From NCBI GenBank assembly GCA_963675595.2, contig CAXXLZ010000001.1:256001-320000 (forward strand): DNA of 64,000 nucleotides, given 5' to 3'. This DNA comes from Thermodesulfobacteriota bacterium (GTDB lineage: Bacteria > Desulfobacterota > Desulfarculia > JACQYL01). This document shows, piece after piece, positions 38,346-47,539 of this stretch. A program made the translations under genes and the position numbers. The notes under the pieces were generated by a model, which worked only from the letters and a program-made list of their open reading frames with translations, ran no database searches and had not been told where the DNA came from. Within the stretch, counting starts at the first letter, position 1. Each line of letters begins with the position of its first letter.

Positions 38346-41162
38346 ATGGCATTGACTGTTGTCAATAATATTGCTTCATTCGCTGCTCAGAAGGCCCTCA
38401 GTTCGAGTACCACTCACCTGCAGAACGCCCTGAACAGCCTTTCCACCGGCCTCCGCATCAACAGCGCGGCGGACGACCCGTCCGGACTGGCGATTTCCGA
38501 GCGGTTCCGCAGCCAGATTCGAGGCTTGGAACGCGCCACGTCCAACGCCTTGGACGCTCAGTCCATGCTGCAAACCGCGGAAGGCTCCCTCGGAGAAACC
38601 CACGCCATCCTGCAACGTATGCGCGAACTGGCGGTTCAAGCGGCCAACGGCGTGTTGACCGCAAGCGACCGGCAGGAAGTTCAGCGCGAAGTGGACCAGC
38701 TCAAAGAAGAAATCAACCGCATCGCCAACACCACCGAGTTCAACACCAAGAAACTGCTGGACGGTTCCTCCACGGCCCTTTGGAGCGCGAACAATTCCGA
38801 CATTGAAGCGGTCATTCGCGGAAAGGTGGCCGAAGGCAACTACAAGCTGGTGAAGAGTGCGGAGCCGCTGAGCAACCAGGTACTGAAGACGGATATCTTC
38901 CGGCTGAAAGACGGGGCCATCTCCCAGGCGGAAGAGGGTTCTCCGAACCAGATGCGGTTCACTTTCGGCGGATCGGATGCGACAATAGACGGAACCGGGG
39001 CGTCGACATTGACGTTCCGGTTCAACTTCGACGGCGTGAACAACATAGACGTATCGTTGAACTCGGCGTCGGGAGACGCCGCCCTCTTAACCGACGCGCG
39101 GTATTTGGTGGATGCCCTCAACGCCAACGCGACCATCAGCCAATACGTCGAAGTGGAGCTGGTGTCCAACTCGGACATTATCATTCGGTCCAAGGGGGTA
39201 ACGGACGAAAGCGACAATTATACCCTTCAGCTGGTGACCGGCGGAGGCGGTGCGTCGGCCGTGGCGGCGTGGCAGGCCAACATCACCAACTGGAGCGGAG
39301 ATGAGCTGAGTTCGACCCAGGCGACCAACAACCTCTTTACTTCCGCGGTCCGTTTCGCGGATTTCGATCAGATCGAAGGTCAGGTGAACTCGGGAGTGAC
39401 GGGCACCTTCGGAACGGACCGAACCACGGCCGCGCAGAACAAGGTGATCCAGTATGTGAGCAACGCCGAGAACCTCGAAGGGGGCGATTACGAAATCCTT
39501 ACCCTGTCGGCGAACGACTTTCCGAGCGGTACGGCGGGCGGAATCGGCGCTGTGGACTCCGCGTGGATTTTGGGCGCTCATCGACAAAGTTCGTCCACGG
39601 GAGAGATCGTGACCCTTACGGCGAGCGTTGACGAGAACCAGTACGTCATCGTCGAAGTGACCGGCGCAGGGGGCAGCGGCGTGGTGGACCTGAAGGTTTC
39701 CTGGGACCAGGGAGAAACCTGGACCAATGTTGGGAACTATCATGATGGGACTTCCATCAATAAGACTACCGGAGACCCGGCCAACTGGTTCTCCATGGAC
39801 TTGAACGGTGACTTGGCCACCGGCGACCGGTTCCTTTTCGGTCTGCAGGACCAATTGGATACGACCTCCAACTATGCCAGGCTGACGGGTCCCGCCAACG
39901 ATTGGTCGACCAGCTTGACCGCGGATCTGACGGAAGACTACGAGAACTTCAACCACGGGTTATGGCAGGACCTGGGAGCCAATCCGGGTGAGAAGACCCA
40001 TACCCTGACGCTTGCGAGCATGGACGAGGAAGGACGGGTGACCTTCGGCACCCTCGATGCCACCTGGGGAATGGATGACGATTTCGAGAGCCGAAGCTCG
40101 AACATCAAGATTCTCGAGGGCGGCGACGTTGCCGGTCTGACCACGGAGTTGTCCAAGATCGATCGATTCTACGACTCCAGCGGGAACTTCGTCCTGGGCG
40201 ACAGCGGCAAATGGATCGATGTCTACACCGCCGACGGAGACAACGCGTCGTTCTACGTGGACGGCGGTGATACGGTTCAGGAGCTTGCCGACAAGCTGGA
40301 ACAGATCATCAGCCTAACCTCGACTTCCCAAAACTGGGATGGTCTGGGGCTGGGCACGGTGCTGGACTCCGACGGCGAGAACCACGTGGTGGATTTCGTT
40401 ACCAACGCCACGGAGAACTCCGACGAAGCCGTCGAAGGAACCATGATCATTCGTTCGCCCAAACAAGGGGTCAACGGCTACCTCTATTTCAGTGCGGAGG
40501 AAGACCTGCTCAACGCCCTGAGTTTGGCCACCATCCAGGACCCCAAGGAAGACATCGATCCTCTCACGGTCACCGTATACAACGCCCACACGGGCGAGTT
40601 GATCGGCGAGGACACGGTGAGCGACAACGTCCTGCACGGAGTCATCCAGGGTGTGGACGTAATGGTGGACGCCAATGTGGACATCTCTTACTCCTGGAAC
40701 GATGATACTCGAGAGATCGACTTCTACAGTTCGGAAGGAGTGCAGGAAGAGTACCTCCACGTGGTGGACAATTCGGTGAACTTCCAGATCGGCGCCAACC
40801 CGGGCCAAGTGATGGAAGCCTACATCACACAGATGGATACCGTGGGATTGGGCGTTCAAAACGTTCTGGTGGTGAACCAGGAGACGGCCTCCGATGCCAT
40901 GTCCACCATCGACGACGCCATCCAAAGGGTGTCCTCGGAACGCGCCAGGCTGGGCGCTTACGTGAACCGTCTCGACTTTACCATCTCGAACCTGGCGGTT
41001 CAGGAGGAAAACCAGATCGCGGCGGAATCTTTGATCCGCGACCTGGATATGGCCAAGGCCATTTCCGAAATGACCCAGTACCAGGTGTTGCAGCAGGTGG
41101 GTGTGGCCATGCTGGCCCAGGCCAATACCTTGCCTCAGATGGTGCTGTCCCTACTCCGGTAA
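38346..41162 (+). CDS. fliC: Flagellin 2 (938 aa)
   Basis: Conserved flagellin N- and C-terminal motifs; paralog of its neighbours. Confidence 0.96.
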   Translation: MALTVVNNIASFAAQKALSSSTTHLQNALNSLSTGLRINSAADDPSGLAISERFRSQIRGLERATSNALDAQSMLQTAEGSLGETHAILQRMRELAVQAANGVLTASDRQEVQREVDQLKEEINRIANTTEFNTKKLLDGSSTALWSANNSDIEAVIRGKVAEGNYKLVKSAEPLSNQVLKTDIFRLKDGAISQAEEGSPNQMRFTFGGSDATIDGTGASTLTFRFNFDGVNNIDVSLNSASGDAALLTDARYLVDALNANATISQYVEVELVSNSDIIIRSKGVTDESDNYTLQLVTGGGGASAVAAWQANITNWSGDELSSTQATNNLFTSAVRFADFDQIEGQVNSGVTGTFGTDRTTAAQNKVIQYVSNAENLEGGDYEILTLSANDFPSGTAGGIGAVDSAWILGAHRQSSSTGEIVTLTASVDENQYVIVEVTGAGGSGVVDLKVSWDQGETWTNVGNYHDGTSINKTTGDPANWFSMDLNGDLATGDRFLFGLQDQLDTTSNYARLTGPANDWSTSLTADLTEDYENFNHGLWQDLGANPGEKTHTLTLASMDEEGRVTFGTLDATWGMDDDFESRSSNIKILEGGDVAGLTTELSKIDRFYDSSGNFVLGDSGKWIDVYTADGDNASFYVDGGDTVQELADKLEQIISLTSTSQNWDGLGLGTVLDSDGENHVVDFVTNATENSDEAVEGTMIIRSPKQGVNGYLYFSAEEDLLNALSLATIQDPKEDIDPLTVTVYNAHTGELIGEDTVSDNVLHGVIQGVDVMVDANVDISYSWNDDTREIDFYSSEGVQEEYLHVVDNSVNFQIGANPGQVMEAYITQMDTVGLGVQNVLVVNQETASDAMSTIDDAIQRVSSERARLGAYVNRLDFTISNLAVQEENQIAAESLIRDLDMAKAISEMTQYQVLQQVGVAMLAQANTLPQMVLSLLR

Positions 41163-41674
41163 ACTGAAACCATAATGATCCATAGGGGGCCCCGCATGAC
41201 CGGGCTCCCGCAACGGATCGAGTCCGGTGTCGAGGCGAACCGCCTCGGCATCGTTCTCTCCAAACCCAATTCGGGACCAAAACCGGTTCAAGGCCATTCC
41301 CTCCCCGAAGCCTGCCCGGTTCGCCCGGATCACCTTCGGCTCCCCAGCTGCGGAGCGGGTTTCGTCACGGAGCCGCGCTCCACCTTTTCGACATCCCCTC
41401 CATATGGCTCCTCAGGAGCGCTCTTCTTGTCGTTTCTCGCAAAGTGCGCCACCGTTATCATTTCATGGATCTAAGAATAAGCAAGGGGTGAGGTAGACGC
41501 CTCATTTCGTTAATAGTGGTTGTAGTGCCGACGATTGACCCTCCATTCACGAAACGCCTGAAACCTTAGGTTTCTATCTGTGGTTTCGGTGCCGGCTTTG
41601 CGCTCCTTATCATGATGACGGAGTGCGATTTGAAGTCATGGTGAAACCTAAAGACGATTTTTTTCATATGAAGG

Positions 41675-41701
41675 TAAAGTAATTTCGCCGGTTGACGATA
41701 T
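41675..41701 (+). promoter_or_regulatory. Sigma28-type promoter, distal copy 3
   Basis: TAAA-N15-GACGATAT. Confidence 0.72.
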
Positions 41702-41707
41702 ACAAAT

Positions 41708-41806
41708 CAAACAGGTAATGCCACCTGAACTCCTTGATTGAATGCAGATTGGGAAGCCCGCAACTCCCGGGTGCCGGCACACCCGGAAGAAAAAGGCCGA
41801 GTTAAC
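41708..41806 (+). ncRNA. Flagellin-antisense structured element, copy 3 (ends approximate)
   Basis: CAGGT-AATGCC-ACCTG; CTCCTTGATTGAATGCAGATTGGGA (41730-41754); CCGGGTG-CCGGCA-CACCCGG. Confidence 0.68.
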
Positions 41807-42031
41807 GCATCAACCCCGTGACGAACCTAGGTGAAGAAATCCACAGGAGGTGTTTTTCTCAAAACCATAAATCGCCGGCCCGTCACAGCCCATCCAGAGG
41901 CGTCGGGGTTCCCGTTCCATGCCCTTCTATTTTCAGGGTTGACGGGAGGTCGCTCGCGCTCTGGTACCTCCCCGCCTTACGTTCAACCCCCCTCGGGCGA
42001 ACGCAAGATACGTTTTCCTATGCCCTGAAGC

Positions 42032-42058
42032 TAAAGTTCCGCCTTTCCATGCCGATGC
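42032..42058 (+). promoter_or_regulatory. Sigma28-type promoter of flagellin 3
   Basis: TAAA-N15-GCCGATGC, close to the FliA consensus TAAA-N15-GCCGATAA. Confidence 0.8.
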
Positions 42059-42310
42059 TATAACCGACCGACTATCGGATTTGCACGAGTCTCGTGAAGA
42101 CGTGCGTGCAGATTTCCATCTCCGAGGCGCGAGCCGCTGATCCGTGGACCCTTGCCGGAGGGCGAACGGGGATGACAAGCGCCGCGGCGAAAGGGGGGAT
42201 GCCCGGAAATATGCTGATTCTTGGGGGACGTCCCATGGGAGGGAAGTCTCTCAAAACCTCAGACAAGGGAATGGAATCCCAATCCGCATTCAATCAAGGA
42301 GGATTGATTC

Positions 42311-45157
42311 ATGGCATTGACTGTTGTCAACAACATTGCTTCCTTTGCTGCTCAGAAGGCGCTCAGCTCGAGTACCACTCACCTGCAGAACGCCCTGAAC
42401 AGCCTTTCCACCGGCCTTCGCATCAACAGCGCGGCGGACGATCCGTCCGGACTGGCGATTTCCGAGCGGTTCCGCAGCCAGATTCGGGGCTTGGAACGCG
42501 CCACGTCCAACGCCTTGGACGCCCAGTCCATGCTGCAAACCGCGGAAGGTTCTCTCGGAGAAACCCACGCCATCCTGCAACGTATGCGCGAACTGGCGGT
42601 TCAGGCGGCCAACGGCGTGTTGACCGCAAGCGACCGGCAGGAAGTTCAGCGCGAAGTGGACCAGCTCAAGGAAGAGATCAACCGCATCGCCAACACCACC
42701 GAGTTCAACACCAAAAAGCTACTGGACGGCTCCTCCACGGCCCTCTGGAGCGCGAACAATTCCGACATTGAAGCGGTGATTACGGGAAAGGTGTCCGAAG
42801 GCAACTACAAACTGGTGAAGAGCGCCGAGCCGCTCAGTAACCATGTGTTGAAGACGGACATTTTCCGGCTGAAAGACGGAGCCATCTCGCAGGCCGAAGA
42901 GGGGTCCGCGAACCAGATGCGCCTCACTTTCGGTGGAGACGACGGAGAAGTGACCGTCGCAGGCGGATCGACCCTGAACTTCCGGTTCAACTTCGACGGT
43001 GTAAACAACATCGATATCGGAGTAACCGCAGGATCCGCCGACGGCACGGGCTTTACGGACGCTGAATATCTGGCGCGGGCCATCAACGCCCACTCGACCA
43101 TCAGCCAGTACGTGGAGGCGGAACTGGTGTCCGAGGGCGATATCATTATTCGCGCCAAGGATGTGACGGACGACAGCGACAACTACACGCTGCAAATGGT
43201 GACCGCCGGAGGCGGCGCGTCGGCCGTGGCGGCGTGGCAGCCCAACATCACCAATTGGGGCGGTGATGAACTTAGCTCGACCCAGACGAGCAATAACCTC
43301 TGGACTTCCGCGGTCCGTTTCGCGGATTTCGATCAGATCGAAGGTACGGTCAACTCGGGAGTCACGGGCACCTTCGGTACGGATCGGACCACCGCCGCCG
43401 AGAACAAGGTGATCCAGTACGTCAGCAACGCCGCCGATCTCGAAGCGGGCGACTATCAGATCACAACGGTGGCAACGGGCGACATCCCCAGCGGTTTGCA
43501 GAGTACGGACGGTCTGACCGTGGATCAGGGTCTGCTCATGGGCGCTTATCTCACGAGCACGTCCACGGCGGAAGTCACGACGATTCAGGCGGCCGTGGAT
43601 GAGAATCAGTACGTTATCGTCGAGGTGACGGGAGCCGGCGGCAGCGGCGCGGTGGACCTGAAGGTTTCCTGGGACCAGGGCGCCACATGGTCCAGTGTCG
43701 GGAACTACCACGAAGGAACCTCCATCAACAAGGTCGCCGGAGACCCGGACAACTGGTTCACGCTGGAATTCACCGGGGACATGGCGACCGGAGACCGCTT
43801 GCTTATCGGGCTCCAGAACGGGATTGCAGCGACTTCCAACGTGGCGAGGCTGACCGGTCCGGCCAACGAATGGACCAATGTAACGGATTCCGACGGAGAT
43901 TGGGACCCGAGGGAAAACCTGGCCGGGGCGGATTACCAAACCTTCAATCATGGGCTGTGGGAAGACCTGGGGGCCAATCCCGGTGAGAAGACCCATACCC
44001 TGACGTTTGCGAGCATGGACGATGAAGGGCGGGTGACCTTCGGCACCCTCGACGCCACCTGGGGCGCGGATGACGACTTCGAGAGCCGAAGCTCGAGCAT
44101 CAAGATTCTCGAGGGCGGCGACGTCGCCGGTCTGACCACGGAGTTGTCCAAGATCGATCGGTTCTACGACTCCAGCGGGAACTTCGTCCTGGGCGACAGC
44201 GGCAAATGGATCGATATCTACACCGCAGAAGGAGACAACGCGTCGTTCTATGTGGACGGCGGCGACACGGTGCAGGAGCTTGCCGACAAGCTGGAGCAGA
44301 TCATCAGTCTCACCTCGACTTCCCAGAACTGGGATGGTCTGGGGCTGGGCACGGTGCTGGACTCCGACGGCGAGAACCACGTGGTGGATTTCGTTACCAA
44401 CGCCACGGAGAACTCCGACGAAGCCGTCGAAGGAACCATGATCATTCGTTCGCCCAAACAAGGGGTCAACGGCTACCTCTATTTCAGTGCGGAGGAAGAC
44501 GTACTCAACGCCCTGAGTTTGGCCACCATCCAGGACCCCAAAGAAGACATCGATCCTCTCACGGTCACCGTATACAACGCCCACACGGGTGAGTTGATCG
44601 GTGAGGATACGGTGAGCGACAACGTCCTGCACGGAGTCATCCAGGGTGTGGACGTGATGGTGGACGCCAATGTGGACATCTCCTACTCCTGGAACGAGGA
44701 TACTCGAGAGATCGACTTCTTCAGTTCGGAAGGAGTGCAGGAAGAGTACCTCCACGTGGTGGACAATTCGGTGAACTTCCAGATCGGCGCCAACCCGGGC
44801 CAAGTGATGGAAGCCTATATCACACAGATGGACACCGTGGGATTGGGCGTTCAGAACGTTCTGGTGGTGAACCAGGCGACGGCCTCCGATGCCATGTCCA
44901 CCATCGACGACGCCATCCAGAAGGTGTCCTCGGAACGCGCCAGGCTCGGCGCCTACGTGAACCGTCTCGACTTCACCATCTCGAACCTGGCGGTTCAGGA
45001 GGAAAACCAGATCGCGGCGGAATCTTTGATCCGCGACCTGGATATGGCCAAGGCCATTTCCGAAATGACCCAGTATCAGGTGTTGCAGCAGGTGGGTGTG
45101 GCCATGCTGGCCCAGGCCAACACGTTGCCTCAGATGGTGCTGTCCTTACTCCGGTAA
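42311..45157 (+). CDS. fliC: Flagellin 3 (948 aa)
   Basis: Conserved flagellin termini; patchwork similarity to flagellins 1 and 2. Confidence 0.96.
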   Translation: MALTVVNNIASFAAQKALSSSTTHLQNALNSLSTGLRINSAADDPSGLAISERFRSQIRGLERATSNALDAQSMLQTAEGSLGETHAILQRMRELAVQAANGVLTASDRQEVQREVDQLKEEINRIANTTEFNTKKLLDGSSTALWSANNSDIEAVITGKVSEGNYKLVKSAEPLSNHVLKTDIFRLKDGAISQAEEGSANQMRLTFGGDDGEVTVAGGSTLNFRFNFDGVNNIDIGVTAGSADGTGFTDAEYLARAINAHSTISQYVEAELVSEGDIIIRAKDVTDDSDNYTLQMVTAGGGASAVAAWQPNITNWGGDELSSTQTSNNLWTSAVRFADFDQIEGTVNSGVTGTFGTDRTTAAENKVIQYVSNAADLEAGDYQITTVATGDIPSGLQSTDGLTVDQGLLMGAYLTSTSTAEVTTIQAAVDENQYVIVEVTGAGGSGAVDLKVSWDQGATWSSVGNYHEGTSINKVAGDPDNWFTLEFTGDMATGDRLLIGLQNGIAATSNVARLTGPANEWTNVTDSDGDWDPRENLAGADYQTFNHGLWEDLGANPGEKTHTLTFASMDDEGRVTFGTLDATWGADDDFESRSSSIKILEGGDVAGLTTELSKIDRFYDSSGNFVLGDSGKWIDIYTAEGDNASFYVDGGDTVQELADKLEQIISLTSTSQNWDGLGLGTVLDSDGENHVVDFVTNATENSDEAVEGTMIIRSPKQGVNGYLYFSAEEDVLNALSLATIQDPKEDIDPLTVTVYNAHTGELIGEDTVSDNVLHGVIQGVDVMVDANVDISYSWNEDTREIDFFSSEGVQEEYLHVVDNSVNFQIGANPGQVMEAYITQMDTVGLGVQNVLVVNQATASDAMSTIDDAIQKVSSERARLGAYVNRLDFTISNLAVQEENQIAAESLIRDLDMAKAISEMTQYQVLQQVGVAMLAQANTLPQMVLSLLR

Positions 45158-45175
45158 ACTGAAACAATGCATAAC

Positions 45176-45217
45176 ACCGTCGGGAATCCCCTAATGATTG
45201 GGATTTCCGATGGTTTC
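45176..45217 (+). terminator. Stem-loop between flagellin 3 and flaG (partial terminator or stabiliser)
   Basis: ACCGTCGGGAATCCC / GGGATTTCCGATGGT with only a short T-run. Confidence 0.5.
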
Positions 45218-45247
45218 GCCCTACAGAGGTAAGCGAGGTGAACGGAC

Positions 45248-45661
45248 ATGGTAGAACTGGGACTGCTTGAGATATCCCGACAAACCGTGGCCGCCTCAGA
45301 TAATGAGATGCGAGGGAAGCCGGCCGCGGAGAGGCGGATAGACCACACGGCGGCGCTCCAACTCCTCCCTGAAGATCGGGTGGACAAGCCGACGAGGCCG
45401 AATCCCACTAAACCCGGCTCGGTTTCGGGCAAAGACGCGGATGTCGAGAAGACGGAAGAGAATCAGGAAGTGGTGGAACTGATGCCCCCTGGGCGTGTCG
45501 GTTTTGAGTACAAGGTCGACAAAGAATTGGGGCGGGTTTCGCTCAAGGTTTATGACAAAGAAACGGGAGAAACCATCCGGGAGGTACCGCCGGAGGAGCT
45601 TACGGAGGTTGCCAAGAAGATGAAGAAAATGGCCGGAATTCTTTTCGAGAAGAAGGTGTAG
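45248..45661 (+). CDS. flaG: Flagellar protein FlaG
   Basis: FEYKVDKELGRVSLKVYDKETGETIREVPPEE...GILFEKKV; follows flagellin. Confidence 0.9.
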   Translation: MVELGLLEISRQTVAASDNEMRGKPAAERRIDHTAALQLLPEDRVDKPTRPNPTKPGSVSGKDADVEKTEENQEVVELMPPGRVGFEYKVDKELGRVSLKVYDKETGETIREVPPEELTEVAKKMKKMAGILFEKKV

Positions 45662-45974
45662 CAGAGCTGATTTCCACCCATCTCGTGTGGGAGGACGCTT
45701 GATCGCTTCCCGGCAAGTTCGAAAAGACATGGGGAGCGTAAAGGGTGTGGTATGTCCTGAGAAGCGAATGTTTCCCTCCGCCCTTGTATCTCATCTCTCG
45801 CCGTGCTTCGAAGGTCCCGAAGTACTCTCCGGCTTCGGGGCTTCTATTCCGATGCTGCGGTCCGGCGCCTCTTCTTGGCCTCGCTCCCAATCCCCAACCG
45901 CTTGTCACCCGTTGTGGTTTCGCCTACAATACGATTCCTTTGGCAAATCCAGACGAGGAAGGAATCTATTGGTC

Positions 45975-46451
45975 ATGACTTGGAAGCGTAAGGTAATGCG
46001 TCTCTTTTACTTGGGCGCGGTGGTTTGTCTGGTTGGAACGCTGGCTGTTTCCTCGGCCGCCGCGGCGAAAGTCCGGTGGGAGTCCTATGACGAAGGGATC
46101 GCTCGAGGAAAGAAGGAGCAGAAGAAGATACTGGTGAAGTTTCACGCGGATTGGTGCACTTACTGCAAAGAGATGGAGCGGACCACCTTTTCCGATCCGG
46201 AAATCGTGGCCTACATCAATCGCTATTTTGTTCCCGTGTCCGTGGATACGGATAAACAGAAGGGGCTTGCCGTCAGGTACCGGGTGAACAGTCTTCCGGC
46301 TTCCTGGTTCTTGGATTATAAAGGTGAGCAGATCCTTCCCGTGCCGGGATATGTACCCCCAAAAATGTATCTTTATTTCCTGGAATGGATTGCGGAGGAC
46401 GGGTACAAGGATACGTCCCTGAAGGACTTTCTGAAGAATAAGAAGGAATGA
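45975..46451 (+). CDS. Exported thioredoxin-family protein
   Basis: Signal peptide and FHADWCTYCK CxxC motif. Confidence 0.88.
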   Translation: MTWKRKVMRLFYLGAVVCLVGTLAVSSAAAAKVRWESYDEGIARGKKEQKKILVKFHADWCTYCKEMERTTFSDPEIVAYINRYFVPVSVDTDKQKGLAVRYRVNSLPASWFLDYKGEQILPVPGYVPPKMYLYFLEWIAEDGYKDTSLKDFLKNKKE

Positions 46452-46527
46452 GCCGGAAGGAATGATCCTCCGATTTCCGTCGTGGGGACCGGAAGGGCGG
46501 GGAAAGGATCGGCTTCCCGGGGTCCGG

Positions 46528-47268
46528 TCAGAGCTTATTCACGAACCATTCGGGTGCCACGCTTTGCAGGTAGCTGTTGATGGTCGCCAGGCTGTCCGTG
46601 AAGATCAACAGACCCACCAGAACCAACAATATCCCGGCGAAGAGGTTGAATACCGGGAGCCACCGTTTGATTCGGCTGAGCAGTGGAAGAAAATGACCCA
46701 CCGCCAGGGACGCGAGAAAGAACGGGACCGCCATTCCGAGGGAATAAGTGGTCAGCAGGATGATTCCCTGGGTTGCATTCTGATGGGTCCCCGCAACCAT
46801 TAGAATCGACCCGAGAATGGGCCCCACGCACGGAGTCCAGCCCACCGCGAAAGTGATTCCCACCAACGTCGTTCCCAAATAGCCGGCAGGCTTGTGCCGC
46901 AAGTGAACCGAGAATTCCTTCATCAGAAAAGGAAGCTGAAACTTGTATGAGAGGGCGATGAGCAGGCCGAAGAGGATGATCAATATCCCCCCGACCTTTC
47001 GGATGATATCCCCGTAGTCGAAAAAGAAACTCCCGAGGGTGCTGAAAGAGAAGCCCAGCGCCACAAAAGCGATCGAAAAACCGAGGATGAAGAAAAGGGA
47101 GTGGATGATCACCCGTCTACGGTATACGGGCTGGTCCTCAATGGCGATCTGATCGTAGCTGAGGCCGGTAATAAAGCTCAAATAGGAAGGGAACAACGGA
47201 AGGGTGCAGGGGGACAGAAAGGTCAACACCCCGGCGGTGAAAGCGATAAGGATGGTCACATCGGCCAA
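46528..47268 (-). CDS. ccdA: Cytochrome c biogenesis / DsbD transmembrane protein CcdA
   Basis: AGVLTFLSPCTLPL and GWTPCVGPILG motifs. Confidence 0.92.
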   Translation of the reverse strand: MADVTILIAFTAGVLTFLSPCTLPLFPSYLSFITGLSYDQIAIEDQPVYRRRVIIHSLFFILGFSIAFVALGFSFSTLGSFFFDYGDIIRKVGGILIILFGLLIALSYKFQLPFLMKEFSVHLRHKPAGYLGTTLVGITFAVGWTPCVGPILGSILMVAGTHQNATQGIILLTTYSLGMAVPFFLASLAVGHFLPLLSRIKRWLPVFNLFAGILLVLVGLLIFTDSLATINSYLQSVAPEWFVNKL

Positions 47269-47350
47269 GCTGCTCCCCCCTGAAATTAAAGTCTTCCGTT
47301 GACGTGGATGTTTGTAAGTGGATTCAGGACCTCACCGGACCGGGGCGGGG

Positions 47351-47509
47351 TCATGAGTTGTCCTCTTCTCCCATATCGTCCCGCTTTTTCGAGTCACCGA
47401 CCCGACACGAGGACCGCATTCACGTATCCACCCCCAGTCCGGGAAGCACCACCGCTTGCAGCAGCACCCATAAGCCGACGACGATCAGAAAAATCCAAAC
47501 TTCGTTCAT
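47351..47509 (-). CDS. Small single-TM protein, putative selenoprotein (52 aa if TGA at 47420-47422 is Sec)
   Basis: GGAG SD; MNEVWIFLIVVGLWVLLQAVVLPGLGVDT-(TGA)-MRSSCRVGDSKKRDDMGEEDNS; SECIS-like hairpin after the TGA. Confidence 0.6.
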
Positions 47510-47539
47510 TGTATTCTCCAACGCCCGGTTGGAGCCTGC

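Noticed and set aside
42094-42771. 225-aa ORF overlapping the flagellin 3 leader and start
   Set aside because: Out of frame with flagellin, not preserved in the homologous flagellin 2 leader, and no protein-like features.
42719-44803. Long antisense ORFs over the flagellins (also 35861-36946 and 39087-39956)
   Set aside because: Shadow frames of GC-rich coding sequence with no recognisable motifs.
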